The notes beneath the pieces are model-generated. The model made no database searches. It was not told the DNA's origin and was given only the letters and a program-made list of their open reading frames with translations. This document shows positions 14,874 through 22,876 of a DNA stretch of 44,790 nucleotides, piece by piece. The stretch is from IMG/VR virus record IMGVR_UViG_3300018056_000002, positions 1-44,790 of that record. One strand, given 5' to 3'. The position numbers and the translations under genes are program-made. Every line of letters starts with the position of its first letter. The stretch's first letter is position 1. Source of the stretch: a virus.

Positions 14874-17800
14874 TTAGTCCCGCCCCGCAATCCACGGCGG
14901 ATCCCCTTGCGGCGGGTCCTGCTGCGATTCGTTCGCGGCCACGACTTGCGCCGTGGCGATCTGCCGCTCGTACATCGCCCAGCAAAACGCGACTTTCTTC
15001 TCGTCCCTCGAGAGCCCCGGCGCCAAGGCGTGCGCCATGCGCCACGCGAACGCCGAGCGGAAGAGCGCGTCGCCCTGGCTCGCGGGACAGTCCAGCCGAA
15101 TGGTGTATTCAAGCCTGGCGTCGGCAATCGCGACGTCGCTGTAGAGAAGCGGCCCCGTCGTGTCACGCCCGACGCGGAAGGTAATCGGCGCCGGGTCATA
15201 GGCGCGCTTCTTCCCGCCGGCCGTCACAAACCGCCGCGCGAAGAGCATGTCGGCCGGCGCGCGGTAGGCGAAGGTCCAGTCGTCATTGACCGGCACGGCG
15301 TCGCTGCCGGCGACCCACACCGGCGTCGCGTACTTCGTCGCAAACGGCCACGGGAACGCGCGCAGCACCGCCTCGAGCTCCTGGCTGTAGTGCAGCCGGC
15401 AGAGCGTCGCCTCCGGCGTCAGGTCCGTCGACACATTGACCATCGGTTGCGAGATCCCGAGATGCGAGAGCGCGATGTTGCACACGAGCGTCGTCGCGCC
15501 GATACAGTCGAGCGGGATCCCCGGCACGGGCTCAACCGGCACGACTGGCGGCGGCTCGACCTCGGGCGGCTCGGGCTCCTCCGGCGCGGGCGCATCCGGC
15601 GGCGGCTCCGGCGGCACCGGGTAGAACGTGCCGGGAATGCTGAACCCGCCGTTACCCGCGATGTCACTCCCCGGAATGACGAACACGTCATAGACGATCG
15701 CGTTCGTGTTCAGCACGCTGCCGACGAGCAGCGTGTCAATCCCACCCCCGGTGATGCCGGTCGACGCATTCGCCGCGCCCGCCACGGTGCTGCTCGTCAC
15801 CGTTGTATGCGCATGGTCGCGCATCAGGGCCGCCGCGTTATGCGGCATGACCATCGCGAAGAGCGGACGCTTACCGCTCGCCGGCGTGAGCGCGATCGAG
15901 CGCGAGGCCGCGCCGTCGCCGACATACGACATCAGTTGCACGACCTTGCCGGCGTGCCCGCTGCCGTCGTCGGTGCGCCACAGATTGAACGGGACGTTCA
16001 TCTTGGACGTCGAGCCGATCGCCGTATGGAACGCCGACTGACTCGTGAGGAGCGCCTCGGCGAAGGTGAGATAGTTCGCGACTTCCGCGAGCGCGATCGG
16101 CGACATCGACGCCGCGGCGTGCCCCGGCCCTTTGTAGTGCAGGGTGTCGGTCGCCGAGATACTGATCGGCTCCGGCCAGAAGAACCCCGCCTGCGGCGTG
16201 AACGTGGGATGGAGGAGCGTCGTCGGCTTGTCCACTGCGCCGGTCGGATCCGCGAGCCCGGCGTTCAGCATGAAGCGCTGACCGGGGTCGCCGATCGCCA
16301 GATACACGTACGTCACGCCGACGGCGTTGTTCTGCGTGTCGGTGCCGATCAGCCGGAGGAGCGTCTGCCCCTGCTGCGTGCCGGTCCCGCCCGGTTCGTC
16401 GTCGCCCGGATCGATCGCGGGCGTCACGTTCGCCGGGTCGATCGGCCCGATCAGCAGCCATTGCGGATCGTTCGTCGTGCCCGCGTTGCCGATGATGTCG
16501 TATTCCTGCCCGTTGACGTCGATCACGTCCGTCGAGTACCCGTCGCAGTTGACACCGACGAGCTTCTGGCGCAGGCCGATGCCTTGCGCCCGCAGCGTCC
16601 ACGCGACGCGCTTGGTAATCTCGAAGGCGCCGCAGTCGCCGAGGATACTGACCCCGGCCGCGACGAGCGCCGCCTTCACCTGATGCACGACGCCCACCTG
16701 GTCGCCGGCCGCCGGCGTCTCGCCGGGCACGCCGGGCACGAAGGCCCCGTCGATGCCGGCCTGCACCATCAGGTGTGCCTTCGGTCCCATGATCGCCGCT
16801 TGATGCGGACCGAGCAGGGTGGACCACCATTTCGTCCCGCCCGTGTTGCCGGTGACCGGCCGGATCCAGAGGAAATGCACCGGCACCGAGAAGGCGAGGT
16901 CAAGAAAGGTGCCCGTGCCCACATACGACCCGCCGACGACGACGACCGGCTGGATCGGCGGCTTCGTCAGCGTCGCCCACGGTGTGCGCGGGTAGGGCGC
17001 ATTGTGCTGACCAAGATGGGGCGGCGGGGCGACGCCGGCATCCGCACCGACCGGCACATCCTCCGGACCGAAGACGCCGAGGACTTCCGCGACCGCGCCG
17101 AGCGTCGTCACCGTCGACGCGCCCGCGGCGCCATGCACATGGATCAGCAGCAGCGGCGCGTTGGGCGTCTGCGCGAGCGGCTGACCCGTCACGCGGAAGA
17201 ACGCCGTATACCACCCGGAGTTAGCGAGCAGCGAGGCCGTCAACACTTCCGCGGCGGCGCCGAACTTGTAGCCGAGTGTTGAGCCGGCGGTAATCACCGG
17301 CGACTGCAGCGCGACCACCATCGCGGCAATGCCAATACTCCCAGGCACCGCGTCGATCGAATCCTCCGCGTCGGTCGTCATCGCGAGCCGCGCCGCGGCG
17401 ACCGCCGTCGAGAGCGTCATCGTCGCGCCGATATTCGGATTCTGCAGCGCCGTGCGCCAGTCGCCCGTCCAATCCGTCGTGCTCGGGTCGAAGCCGGTCG
17501 GCGAGACGACGAGCATCGCCGATCCGCTATTCCAGTCCGGCCCTTGCGCGGTTTCGACCGGCCCCGGATAGTCCGCACACATCCAGTCGTCGACATCCAT
17601 CGCCATGGTGTAGTCGCCGACCGATGGCCCGACCTGAGACTGGTTATGGAGGGCCGCGCCGCCGTTGACGTTTCCCCCGGACACAACGAGCGTCAGCTTT
17701 TCGACGCCATTGACGAAGATCCGCAGGTTCGGAAACGTCAGCACAGACCCGAAGCGGAGCAACACGTCGATCCGGACCCAGGTGTTGAGCACCAGGGCCG

Positions 17801-18542
17801 GCGTCGTCCCCAGGAGCGCCGCGAACTTGGTCGCGGAGCCGCCCGAGCGGAACGCCGCGATCTGTCCCGTCGGCGTGAGTGCGAGCACGTACCCCTCGCC
17901 GGCGTTGCCGCCCGACATCTCGGATTGCCAGAAATCAACCGTGCCAGTCGGCAACGTGACCGGCCGCACATAGAACCGTTCCCACGAGGTCGTCGGATTC
18001 GGGCCGCCGATCTGCGCGTTCGGCACATGGAGTTTGATCGTGGTCGCGCCCGGACGGATGGCAAACCCGAACCCCTGCACATGGCGCGAGGCCAGGCGGG
18101 AGACGTGCTGGCTTCCGGTCCCGGATCCCTCGCCGTTGGCCGGGAACTCAAACCCATCGACCCAGCGACGCGGGAGAATATTGGGCGGCGCCGCGGGACC
18201 GCCCGGACCGTCTGGCGGCGGCACATAGGTAAAGATGCCGCGCCAGTGATACCGGATCTTGTCGCCGAAGAGCCAGCAGACCCCGAACCAGCCGCCCGAG
18301 CAGCGCGTGAAGTCCGCGACGTTGGTCGGGAAGTCCCCACCGAACCAGGACGACGTGATCGAGGGCGCCTCGAACGGATCGTGTACCCCCGCGACGGGCG
18401 CGCTGTAGGTGACCGCCGCGGTATCGGGCGCGGCGAGAATCGCGCCGACCACGCCGCCGAACGGCGTCCCCTGCAAGGTCGCGACGAGCGCCGCGTCCGT
18501 CAGGTTGATCGAGAACGTCAGGTATTGGTCGGTCGTCGCCAT
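14874..18542 (-). CDS. Tail protein: large N-terminal region (LamG-like jelly-roll and other domains) fused by a Pro-rich linker to a gp11-like tail tubular A/adaptor domain (1,222 aa)
   Basis: The C-terminal ~230 aa (about 14874-15575) read ...NIALSHLGISQPMVNVSTDLTPEATLCRLHYSQELEAVLRAFPWPFATKYA...WTFAYRAPADML, the usual N-terminal signature of podovirus tail tubular protein A. Before that lies the linker PPEPPPDAPAPEEPEPPEVEPPPVVPVEPVPG. Region aa ~200-330 (FWQSEMSGG...NTWVRIDVLLRFG...IFVNGVEKL) looks LamG-like. Confidence 0.65.
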   Translation of the reverse strand: MATTDQYLTFSINLTDAALVATLQGTPFGGVVGAILAAPDTAAVTYSAPVAGVHDPFEAPSITSSWFGGDFPTNVADFTRCSGGWFGVCWLFGDKIRYHWRGIFTYVPPPDGPGGPAAPPNILPRRWVDGFEFPANGEGSGTGSQHVSRLASRHVQGFGFAIRPGATTIKLHVPNAQIGGPNPTTSWERFYVRPVTLPTGTVDFWQSEMSGGNAGEGYVLALTPTGQIAAFRSGGSATKFAALLGTTPALVLNTWVRIDVLLRFGSVLTFPNLRIFVNGVEKLTLVVSGGNVNGGAALHNQSQVGPSVGDYTMAMDVDDWMCADYPGPVETAQGPDWNSGSAMLVVSPTGFDPSTTDWTGDWRTALQNPNIGATMTLSTAVAAARLAMTTDAEDSIDAVPGSIGIAAMVVALQSPVITAGSTLGYKFGAAAEVLTASLLANSGWYTAFFRVTGQPLAQTPNAPLLLIHVHGAAGASTVTTLGAVAEVLGVFGPEDVPVGADAGVAPPPHLGQHNAPYPRTPWATLTKPPIQPVVVVGGSYVGTGTFLDLAFSVPVHFLWIRPVTGNTGGTKWWSTLLGPHQAAIMGPKAHLMVQAGIDGAFVPGVPGETPAAGDQVGVVHQVKAALVAAGVSILGDCGAFEITKRVAWTLRAQGIGLRQKLVGVNCDGYSTDVIDVNGQEYDIIGNAGTTNDPQWLLIGPIDPANVTPAIDPGDDEPGGTGTQQGQTLLRLIGTDTQNNAVGVTYVYLAIGDPGQRFMLNAGLADPTGAVDKPTTLLHPTFTPQAGFFWPEPISISATDTLHYKGPGHAAASMSPIALAEVANYLTFAEALLTSQSAFHTAIGSTSKMNVPFNLWRTDDGSGHAGKVVQLMSYVGDGAASRSIALTPASGKRPLFAMVMPHNAAALMRDHAHTTVTSSTVAGAANASTGITGGGIDTLLVGSVLNTNAIVYDVFVIPGSDIAGNGGFSIPGTFYPVPPEPPPDAPAPEEPEPPEVEPPPVVPVEPVPGIPLDCIGATTLVCNIALSHLGISQPMVNVSTDLTPEATLCRLHYSQELEAVLRAFPWPFATKYATPVWVAGSDAVPVNDDWTFAYRAPADMLFARRFVTAGGKKRAYDPAPITFRVGRDTTGPLLYSDVAIADARLEYTIRLDCPASQGDALFRSAFAWRMAHALAPGLSRDEKKVAFCWAMYERQIATAQVVAANESQQDPPQGDPPWIAGRD

Positions 18543-18564
18543 GATGCTGTGCTCTCACAAGGTA

Positions 18565-18598
18565 GACCCGACGCGATCAGCCAGACACGCGTCGGGTC
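18565..18598 (-). terminator. Perfect 11-bp inverted repeat (GACCCGACGCG / CGCGTCGGGTC, 12-nt loop) upstream of the tail gene; terminator or attenuator candidate
   Basis: Seen in the 99-bp intergenic gap 18543-18641. A second imperfect hairpin follows at about 18603-18637. There is no clear U-tract, so the function is uncertain. Confidence 0.35.
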
Positions 18599-18641
18599 CA
18601 GTCCGCCCGTGGTGCAGCCGCTTGGACCACGGGGCGGAAAC

Positions 18642-18980
18642 CTACTCGCCGAGGACGTCCTTCGCGCCGGTCGGGGTGTCGGGGCCGACGCGCTCGCCGG
18701 GTTGCCGTCGCGCCGCAATCTCCGCCTCGTGTTGCTGGCGCAGCGCCTCGGCGCCGCTCGTGATGCGCTCGGGCGTGTCCGGCGCCACGCGCTCCATCCA
18801 CGACTCGGCGAAGTCCTGCTCGTCGTAGATCGTGAACACGTCGCCGGGGCGGCGGCGCGCTTCGCCGTAGTAGCCGAGCGCGGTCGCGCGCACTTTGATC
18901 GGGACACCGCGCGGCTTTCGGTCGCCCCGCTCGGCGGCGGCGGCCACGGTGTCACGCGTCGTCGTTGCTGATTTCGCCAT
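18642..18980 (-). CDS. Small basic protein, paralogue B (112 aa)
   Basis: Internal ATG of ORF 18642..19028 (offset 16 codons). MAKSATTTRDTVAAAAERGDRKPRGVPIKVRATALGYYGEARRRPGDVFTIYDEQDFAESWMERV... shares the core RATAxGYYGxxxRxxGxxFTIxDxxDFxExWMERV with 19010-19210. Confidence 0.6.
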   Translation of the reverse strand: MAKSATTTRDTVAAAAERGDRKPRGVPIKVRATALGYYGEARRRPGDVFTIYDEQDFAESWMERVAPDTPERITSGAEALRQQHEAEIAARRQPGERVGPDTPTGAKDVLGE

Positions 18981-19009
18981 TGCTCGTTCCTCCCAACAGC
19001 ACACGAGAG

Positions 19010-19210
19010 TTAGACCCGTTCCATCCACGTCTCGGAGAAGTCCTTGACGTCCTGGATCGTGAACTCCTCGCCGATGGCGCGCTGCGCGTCACCGTAGTAG
19101 CCTTGCGCCGTCGCCCGTACTGTGATGAGCCGACCCTGCGGCTTCTTCTTTCCACGCGCCGCGGATCGTTTTGCCGTGGCCGCGCGCTTGGTCGCTTTCT
19201 TCTTGGCCAT
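19010..19210 (-). CDS. Small basic protein, paralogue A (66 aa)
   Basis: ORF track. MAKKKATKRAATAKRSAARGKKKPQGRLITVRATAQGYYGDAQRAIGEEFTIQDVKDFSETWMERV. GAGGAGAA Shine-Dalgarno upstream. Confidence 0.6.
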   Translation of the reverse strand: MAKKKATKRAATAKRSAARGKKKPQGRLITVRATAQGYYGDAQRAIGEEFTIQDVKDFSETWMERV

Positions 19211-19230
19211 CGCTGATTCTCCTCACCGCG

Positions 19231-19265
19231 AAAAGGCGCCGGCCGCCCTCGAGGACGACCGGCGC
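19231..19265 (-). terminator. Rho-independent-like terminator after the capsid/decoration genes
   Basis: On the minus strand, stem GCGCCGGTCG / CGGCCGGCGC (10 bp, 1 mismatch) with a 10-nt loop, followed by CTTTT. Lies in the gap between the decoration-gene stop (19273) and the next start (19210). Confidence 0.45.
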
Positions 19266-19272
19266 ATCACAC

Positions 19273-19701
19273 TTAGACCGCGAAGCCCTTCGGATAGGCA
19301 CGCGGCGGGATCGAGAGCATGGACAGCGGAGCGAGCCACACCGTCGCCGAGATCGTGCCGCCGGCCGTGGTGAGACGCACGCCGAGGTAGCGCTGGGTCG
19401 GCGTGCCCGGCGGCAGGCCGATGATATGGATCGAGCCGAGGACCGTCTCCGCGAGCGGGATGTCCCGCACCGCATGGACGAGAATGCCGGCCGTCAGCGC
19501 GGCGTCGGTCGCGCTGATGATCTCGATCTTCGTCGCCGCGACCGTGCCCGCGACGTCGACCTGCACGGCAAACGCCATCGGCTCACCCGTGCCGATCTGA
19601 CGGCCCGGTGTCGTGAGCTGCGTGTCAATCGAATTGGTCGACACCGCCGCCGCGCCGAACGCCTGCGCGTCTGACACGAGGTTGAGCGCATCAATAAACA
19701 T
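19273..19701 (-). CDS. Capsid decoration / cement protein (Bbp16-like, 142 aa)
   Basis: C-terminal part of ORF 19273..20067. ATG at 19701 is preceded by AGGAGA. MFIDALNLVSDAQAFGAAAVSTNSIDTQLTTPGRQIGTGEPMAFAVQVDVAG... resembles the decoration proteins encoded just after BPP-1-type capsid genes. Confidence 0.6.
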   Translation of the reverse strand: MFIDALNLVSDAQAFGAAAVSTNSIDTQLTTPGRQIGTGEPMAFAVQVDVAGTVAATKIEIISATDAALTAGILVHAVRDIPLAETVLGSIHIIGLPPGTPTQRYLGVRLTTAGGTISATVWLAPLSMLSIPPRAYPKGFAV

Positions 19702-19739
19702 GGAATCGTTCTCCTGAAATGACGGTTGATCGGACCGGC

Positions 19740-20888
19740 CTACGCGACCAGCGCTTCGGTGTTGAGGATCGCGTCGACGGTTTTGATCGGCACGTCGCCG
19801 AACATCAGCACCGGCTTGCCGTTCACGTTCTCGTAGGTCAGCCCGCCGCCGCCGGCCACCGCCGTACGCGTGAACTTGCGCATGTAGCGGCGCGCGGTCC
19901 GGTTCGCATAGAAGACCGCCTTGCCGAGCCGATTCGGGATCGTCTCGACCGCCTGCTCCATGAGCGCGATGATGTCGATCGTCACGCCGCCGTTCATCAG
20001 CGAGACGTCGAGGTTGCAGATCCGGACGACGTAGCGCCAATCCTTCAGCACCAGGCCGGCCTTCCATTGCCAGCGCTCCTGGAGCGCGCGCATCCTGGCG
20101 CCGGGCAGGCCGGCGGTCATTTCCACGGTGACCTCGCCGAAGTCCTCGTGAATGAGGCCGGCCTTGCTGCCTTTCGGGAAGACGCCGCTGACGGTTTCGT
20201 CGCCCCAGGCCACAAGCAACACACTCGTGTTGTCGGTGTCGACGCCGCCCGCCTTGATCACGTTGCTGCCATTGGGCGCGGTCGACAGCGAATAGCGCGG
20301 CATAAACCCCGTGAACTCCTCGGGCGCGATCCCGCCGTTGCCATAGACCAAGGTTTGCGAAAACTCCTGATTCATGGCTTCGATGAAGGCGCGCGCCTCG
20401 GACAGCCGGAACGCCGCGACGTTGCCGTTGAGGAGCGCGAGGTCCTTGTCCACCTCGGACCAGGCCTCGAGCATCCCGGCCTGCTCGTCGATCTGCGCCG
20501 TCGTCGACTTACTCGGCACGACGCCGGCATTGAGGAGACGCCAGGCCACGGTCGGCAACCCGGTGCGAACCGTCGTGCGGTGCCCGGTCGGGAGGTTGCC
20601 CTCGCGGAACACCATGTCATCGAGGATCTCGTTGCTCTGATTGAGCAGTTCGATGATCGTCGGCACCTTGCCGTCCGGGTCGAGCCGCTTGCCCCAATCG
20701 GCGAGCGTCAGGTTGCCGGTGCCGAGCGCCGCGCCGACGACGAGGGCCGACAGGCCGAGGTAATAGAGCACGCCCGATCCGCCGAGGGCGTGCTGTGTGA
20801 GGGTCGCGGCCATCGCGCCCACGTCGAGCGCGAGGACCAATAGGAGCGTCATCAGGATCCACGTCACAGACCGTCGCATGTCACTCAC
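19740..20888 (-). CDS. Major capsid protein (HK97-fold, BPP-1/Bbp17-like) with a hydrophobic N-terminal extension
   Basis: TLADWGKRLDPDGKVPTIIELLNQSNEILDDMVFREGNLPTGHRTTVRTGLPTVAWRLLNAGVVPSKSTTAQIDEQAGMLEAWSEVDK is a capsid signature I recognise. The start is uncertain: GTG 20888, ATG 20879 or the Met at codon 26. Confidence 0.8.
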   Translation of the reverse strand: MSDMRRSVTWILMTLLLVLALDVGAMAATLTQHALGGSGVLYYLGLSALVVGAALGTGNLTLADWGKRLDPDGKVPTIIELLNQSNEILDDMVFREGNLPTGHRTTVRTGLPTVAWRLLNAGVVPSKSTTAQIDEQAGMLEAWSEVDKDLALLNGNVAAFRLSEARAFIEAMNQEFSQTLVYGNGGIAPEEFTGFMPRYSLSTAPNGSNVIKAGGVDTDNTSVLLVAWGDETVSGVFPKGSKAGLIHEDFGEVTVEMTAGLPGARMRALQERWQWKAGLVLKDWRYVVRICNLDVSLMNGGVTIDIIALMEQAVETIPNRLGKAVFYANRTARRYMRKFTRTAVAGGGGLTYENVNGKPVLMFGDVPIKTVDAILNTEALVA

Positions 20889-20909
20889 TGACTTTCCGAT
20901 GCGTGGCGG

Positions 20910-21539
20910 TCACGACTTGCCGTAGAGGACGGTCGCGGGATCGCGTGAGCTCCCGCCGCCGCCGCCGCCGGCCGTGGTGTCTTCCGCCATCATCTTGCCG
21001 AGGTCCGCAAGCAAGCTCACGACCTCGAGATGGTTGCCATAGCCCGACTTGTCGAGGAGCGCGCGGAAGTTGTCGCCGCGCGGGGTCCCCTTCGGTCGGA
21101 GTTTCTCGAGCGCGGCGTTGGCGTGCTTGAGCGTCTCCGTGAGGCGCTCGCCGCCGTACACCGTGTCCGTCTTCGTGTCCTCGAGGAAGCGCGCACTCTG
21201 CGCGTCGATCGCCGCCGCGTGCTCGGTCACACGCTTCTGGGCTTCGTCATTGGTCCAGTTGTTTGCACGGGCGATTTTTTCGATCGCGCTGAGGTCGGCG
21301 TCGTCGAGGCGTCCACCGTCCGGGAGTGTGAGCGTGTACTTCTCGGGAGCCTTTGACTCAGGCTTAGCCTGGTCGTCCTTGCTCGCCGGTTTCTCCGCTG
21401 ACTTGTCGCCGGGTGTCGTCTCGCCCGCGGGTTTCGTGTCGCCGGCTGGCTTGGTGTCGCCGGCGGGCTTGGTGTCGCCTGCGGGTTTCGTGTCGCCGCT
21501 ACCGCTGTCAGGCTTCGCGGCTGTCGCTGTCTCCGCCAT
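20910..21539 (-). CDS. Scaffolding protein (209 aa)
   Basis: Lies between the portal-side genes and the capsid gene. AGGAGGG Shine-Dalgarno. Acidic and helical, with PEKYTLTLPDGGRLDDADLSAIEKIARANNWTNDEAQ typical of podovirus scaffolds. N-terminal GDTKPA x4 repeat. Confidence 0.65.
   Translation of the reverse strand: MAETATAAKPDSGSGDTKPAGDTKPAGDTKPAGDTKPAGETTPGDKSAEKPASKDDQAKPESKAPEKYTLTLPDGGRLDDADLSAIEKIARANNWTNDEAQKRVTEHAAAIDAQSARFLEDTKTDTVYGGERLTETLKHANAALEKLRPKGTPRGDNFRALLDKSGYGNHLEVVSLLADLGKMMAEDTTAGGGGGGSSRDPATVLYGKS
21426..21497. repeat. 18-bp tandem repeat x4 encoding (GDTKPA)4 in the scaffold gene
   Basis: Codons 15-38 of the scaffold ORF. The units differ only at synonymous or near-synonymous positions. 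Confidence 0.85.
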
Positions 21540-21909
21540 CGTCCTGCCCTCCTGTCGCCGCGGCGGTCGCCGCCGCGTCGTTCTGTCCCTGCTCCCGCTT
21601 GGCGCGCGTGCGCGCCTCGCGCTCCATCAACTCGTAGAGCGTCTCGTCGGCCTCGAGCAGGTCCGCCATGAGCTCATGGCCGAAGTCCTGCCGGCCGGCG
21701 TTGTAGTGAATCGCCGCGCTCGGATTCCAGATCGACTCGAAGACGCGCGCCTTGCACAGCAAGTCCCACATCACGCGGCGGCCGGCCGGCGCCTTCATGA
21801 CTTCGGCAATCGCGCCGAGCCGCTGCCGCTCCGCCTCGCGCGTTTTGCGCCGCGCGCGGTTGACCTGGTCCGGGTCAGAGCCGTTCCGGACGAGGGCGCG
21901 GTCGCTCAT
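21508..21909 (-). CDS. Bbp19-like protein (133 aa)
   Basis: ...RRKTREAERQRLGAIAEVMKAPAGRRVMWDLLCKARVFESIWNPSAAIHYNAGRQDFGHELMADLL resembles the Bbp19 family found near portal and scaffold genes of BPP-1-like phages (from memory). Confidence 0.5.
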   Translation of the reverse strand: MSDRALVRNGSDPDQVNRARRKTREAERQRLGAIAEVMKAPAGRRVMWDLLCKARVFESIWNPSAAIHYNAGRQDFGHELMADLLEADETLYELMEREARTRAKREQGQNDAAATAAATGGQDDGGDSDSREA

Positions 21910-22293
21910 CTACAGCGTCGCCGCTTTCGCGCGCACCAGGGCCGCCATCTGCGCCGGGGTCTTCGTCGGCAACGCCGCCGCGGTGCGCAGCGCGTTCAGC
22001 TCGTCGTTGATCGTCAGAAGGATCGCCTTCTGAAAGATCGACATCGCATCGGCTTCGTTCTGCGCGTCTGTCTGCGCCGTGGCCGCTGCCGCCGCGGTGA
22101 CGGCCGCTTGTACGGTCGCGATCTGCGGCGCCGTCCACGCCGTCAGTTTCTCGATGGTGACGCTGACGACACCGCTCGACTGCTGCGCGTTCACGTAGAA
22201 CGGGTCACCAACCGTCGGGCGGATCGTGTTCGCGAGCGCGGTCAGATCCGGTGCGGCGCCGGCCCTGGCGAAGGTCTGTTGAAAGAGAGCCAT
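21910..22293 (-). CDS. Hypothetical structural-module protein (127 aa)
   Basis: C-terminal part of ORF 21910..22887. ATG at 22293 overlaps the upstream TAA by 1 nt. MALFQQTFARAGAAPDLTALANTIRPTVGDPFYVNAQQSSG... Confidence 0.5.
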   Translation of the reverse strand: MALFQQTFARAGAAPDLTALANTIRPTVGDPFYVNAQQSSGVVSVTIEKLTAWTAPQIATVQAAVTAAAAATAQTDAQNEADAMSIFQKAILLTINDELNALRTAAALPTKTPAQMAALVRAKAATL

Positions 22294-22862
22294 TACGGCA
22301 ACACCTCGACGAGTAACTGCACACACGTAATGTCCGCGTTGACGCCGCCCTTGCCGGTCGTTTTGATCACGACGGCGCCGCTCAGCGTTTCCGCGGGGGC
22401 TGTGACTTGGGCATTGCCGTTGCCGAGCGTGGCGCCCACGTGCTCGTCCGTCAGCACCGACCCGAACTGCGTCGCCGCCCCGGTCCGGAACACATAGCCG
22501 GTCATCCGGATCTGCGCGCTCACGCCGGTATCGCCGATGAGCGACCCGATCACCGTCCCGCCAAAATACCATTTGGCGTCCTTCGCCGTGGCATTCGCCG
22601 CCGTCGTCCACGTCGCCGTGATGCGGAGCCCTTGCGCATGGGTCGCCAACGACCCGCCCGGCAGCGTGTAGGTCATCAGGTCGGTTTCGATCGCCCCGCT
22701 GTTGGCGACCGCCGTCACGTTGCTCGAGATCACGCCGCCGATCCGTACGACCGCGCCGCCGCCGCCCGGCCCCCCGACCAGGTAGTAGGTTTGGTCGACG
22801 CCGACCGCGCCCACCGTCACCGCCAGCGCCCCCACGACGAGCGCGAGTATCAACCGTCGCAT
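22293..22862 (-). CDS. Secreted or membrane-anchored beta-rich protein (189 aa)
   Basis: ATG at 22862 is preceded by GAAGGAGGAG. MRRLILALVVGALAVTVGAVGVDQ is a signal-peptide-like N-terminus, and the rest is G/T/A-rich and beta-strand-like. Confidence 0.55.
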   Translation of the reverse strand: MRRLILALVVGALAVTVGAVGVDQTYYLVGGPGGGGAVVRIGGVISSNVTAVANSGAIETDLMTYTLPGGSLATHAQGLRITATWTTAANATAKDAKWYFGGTVIGSLIGDTGVSAQIRMTGYVFRTGAATQFGSVLTDEHVGATLGNGNAQVTAPAETLSGAVVIKTTGKGGVNADITCVQLLVEVLP

Positions 22863-22876
22863 CACTCCTCCTTCTG

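Noticed and set aside
16443-16700. Diversity-generating retroelement (TR/VR pair), considered because the structural genes look BPP-1-like and a module is duplicated at 43196-43513
   Set aside because: No reverse transcriptase ORF occurs anywhere in the genome. The two copies are only patchily similar at the DNA level, differences are not confined to adenines, and the copies are 27 kb apart in unrelated gene contexts.
12193-18971. Plus-strand ORFs 12193..14856 (887 aa), 14673..17282 (869 aa) and 17544..18971 (475 aa)
   Set aside because: They are R/H/D-rich shadow ORFs opposite the nozzle and tail genes. The minus-strand products have recognisable tail-protein signatures.
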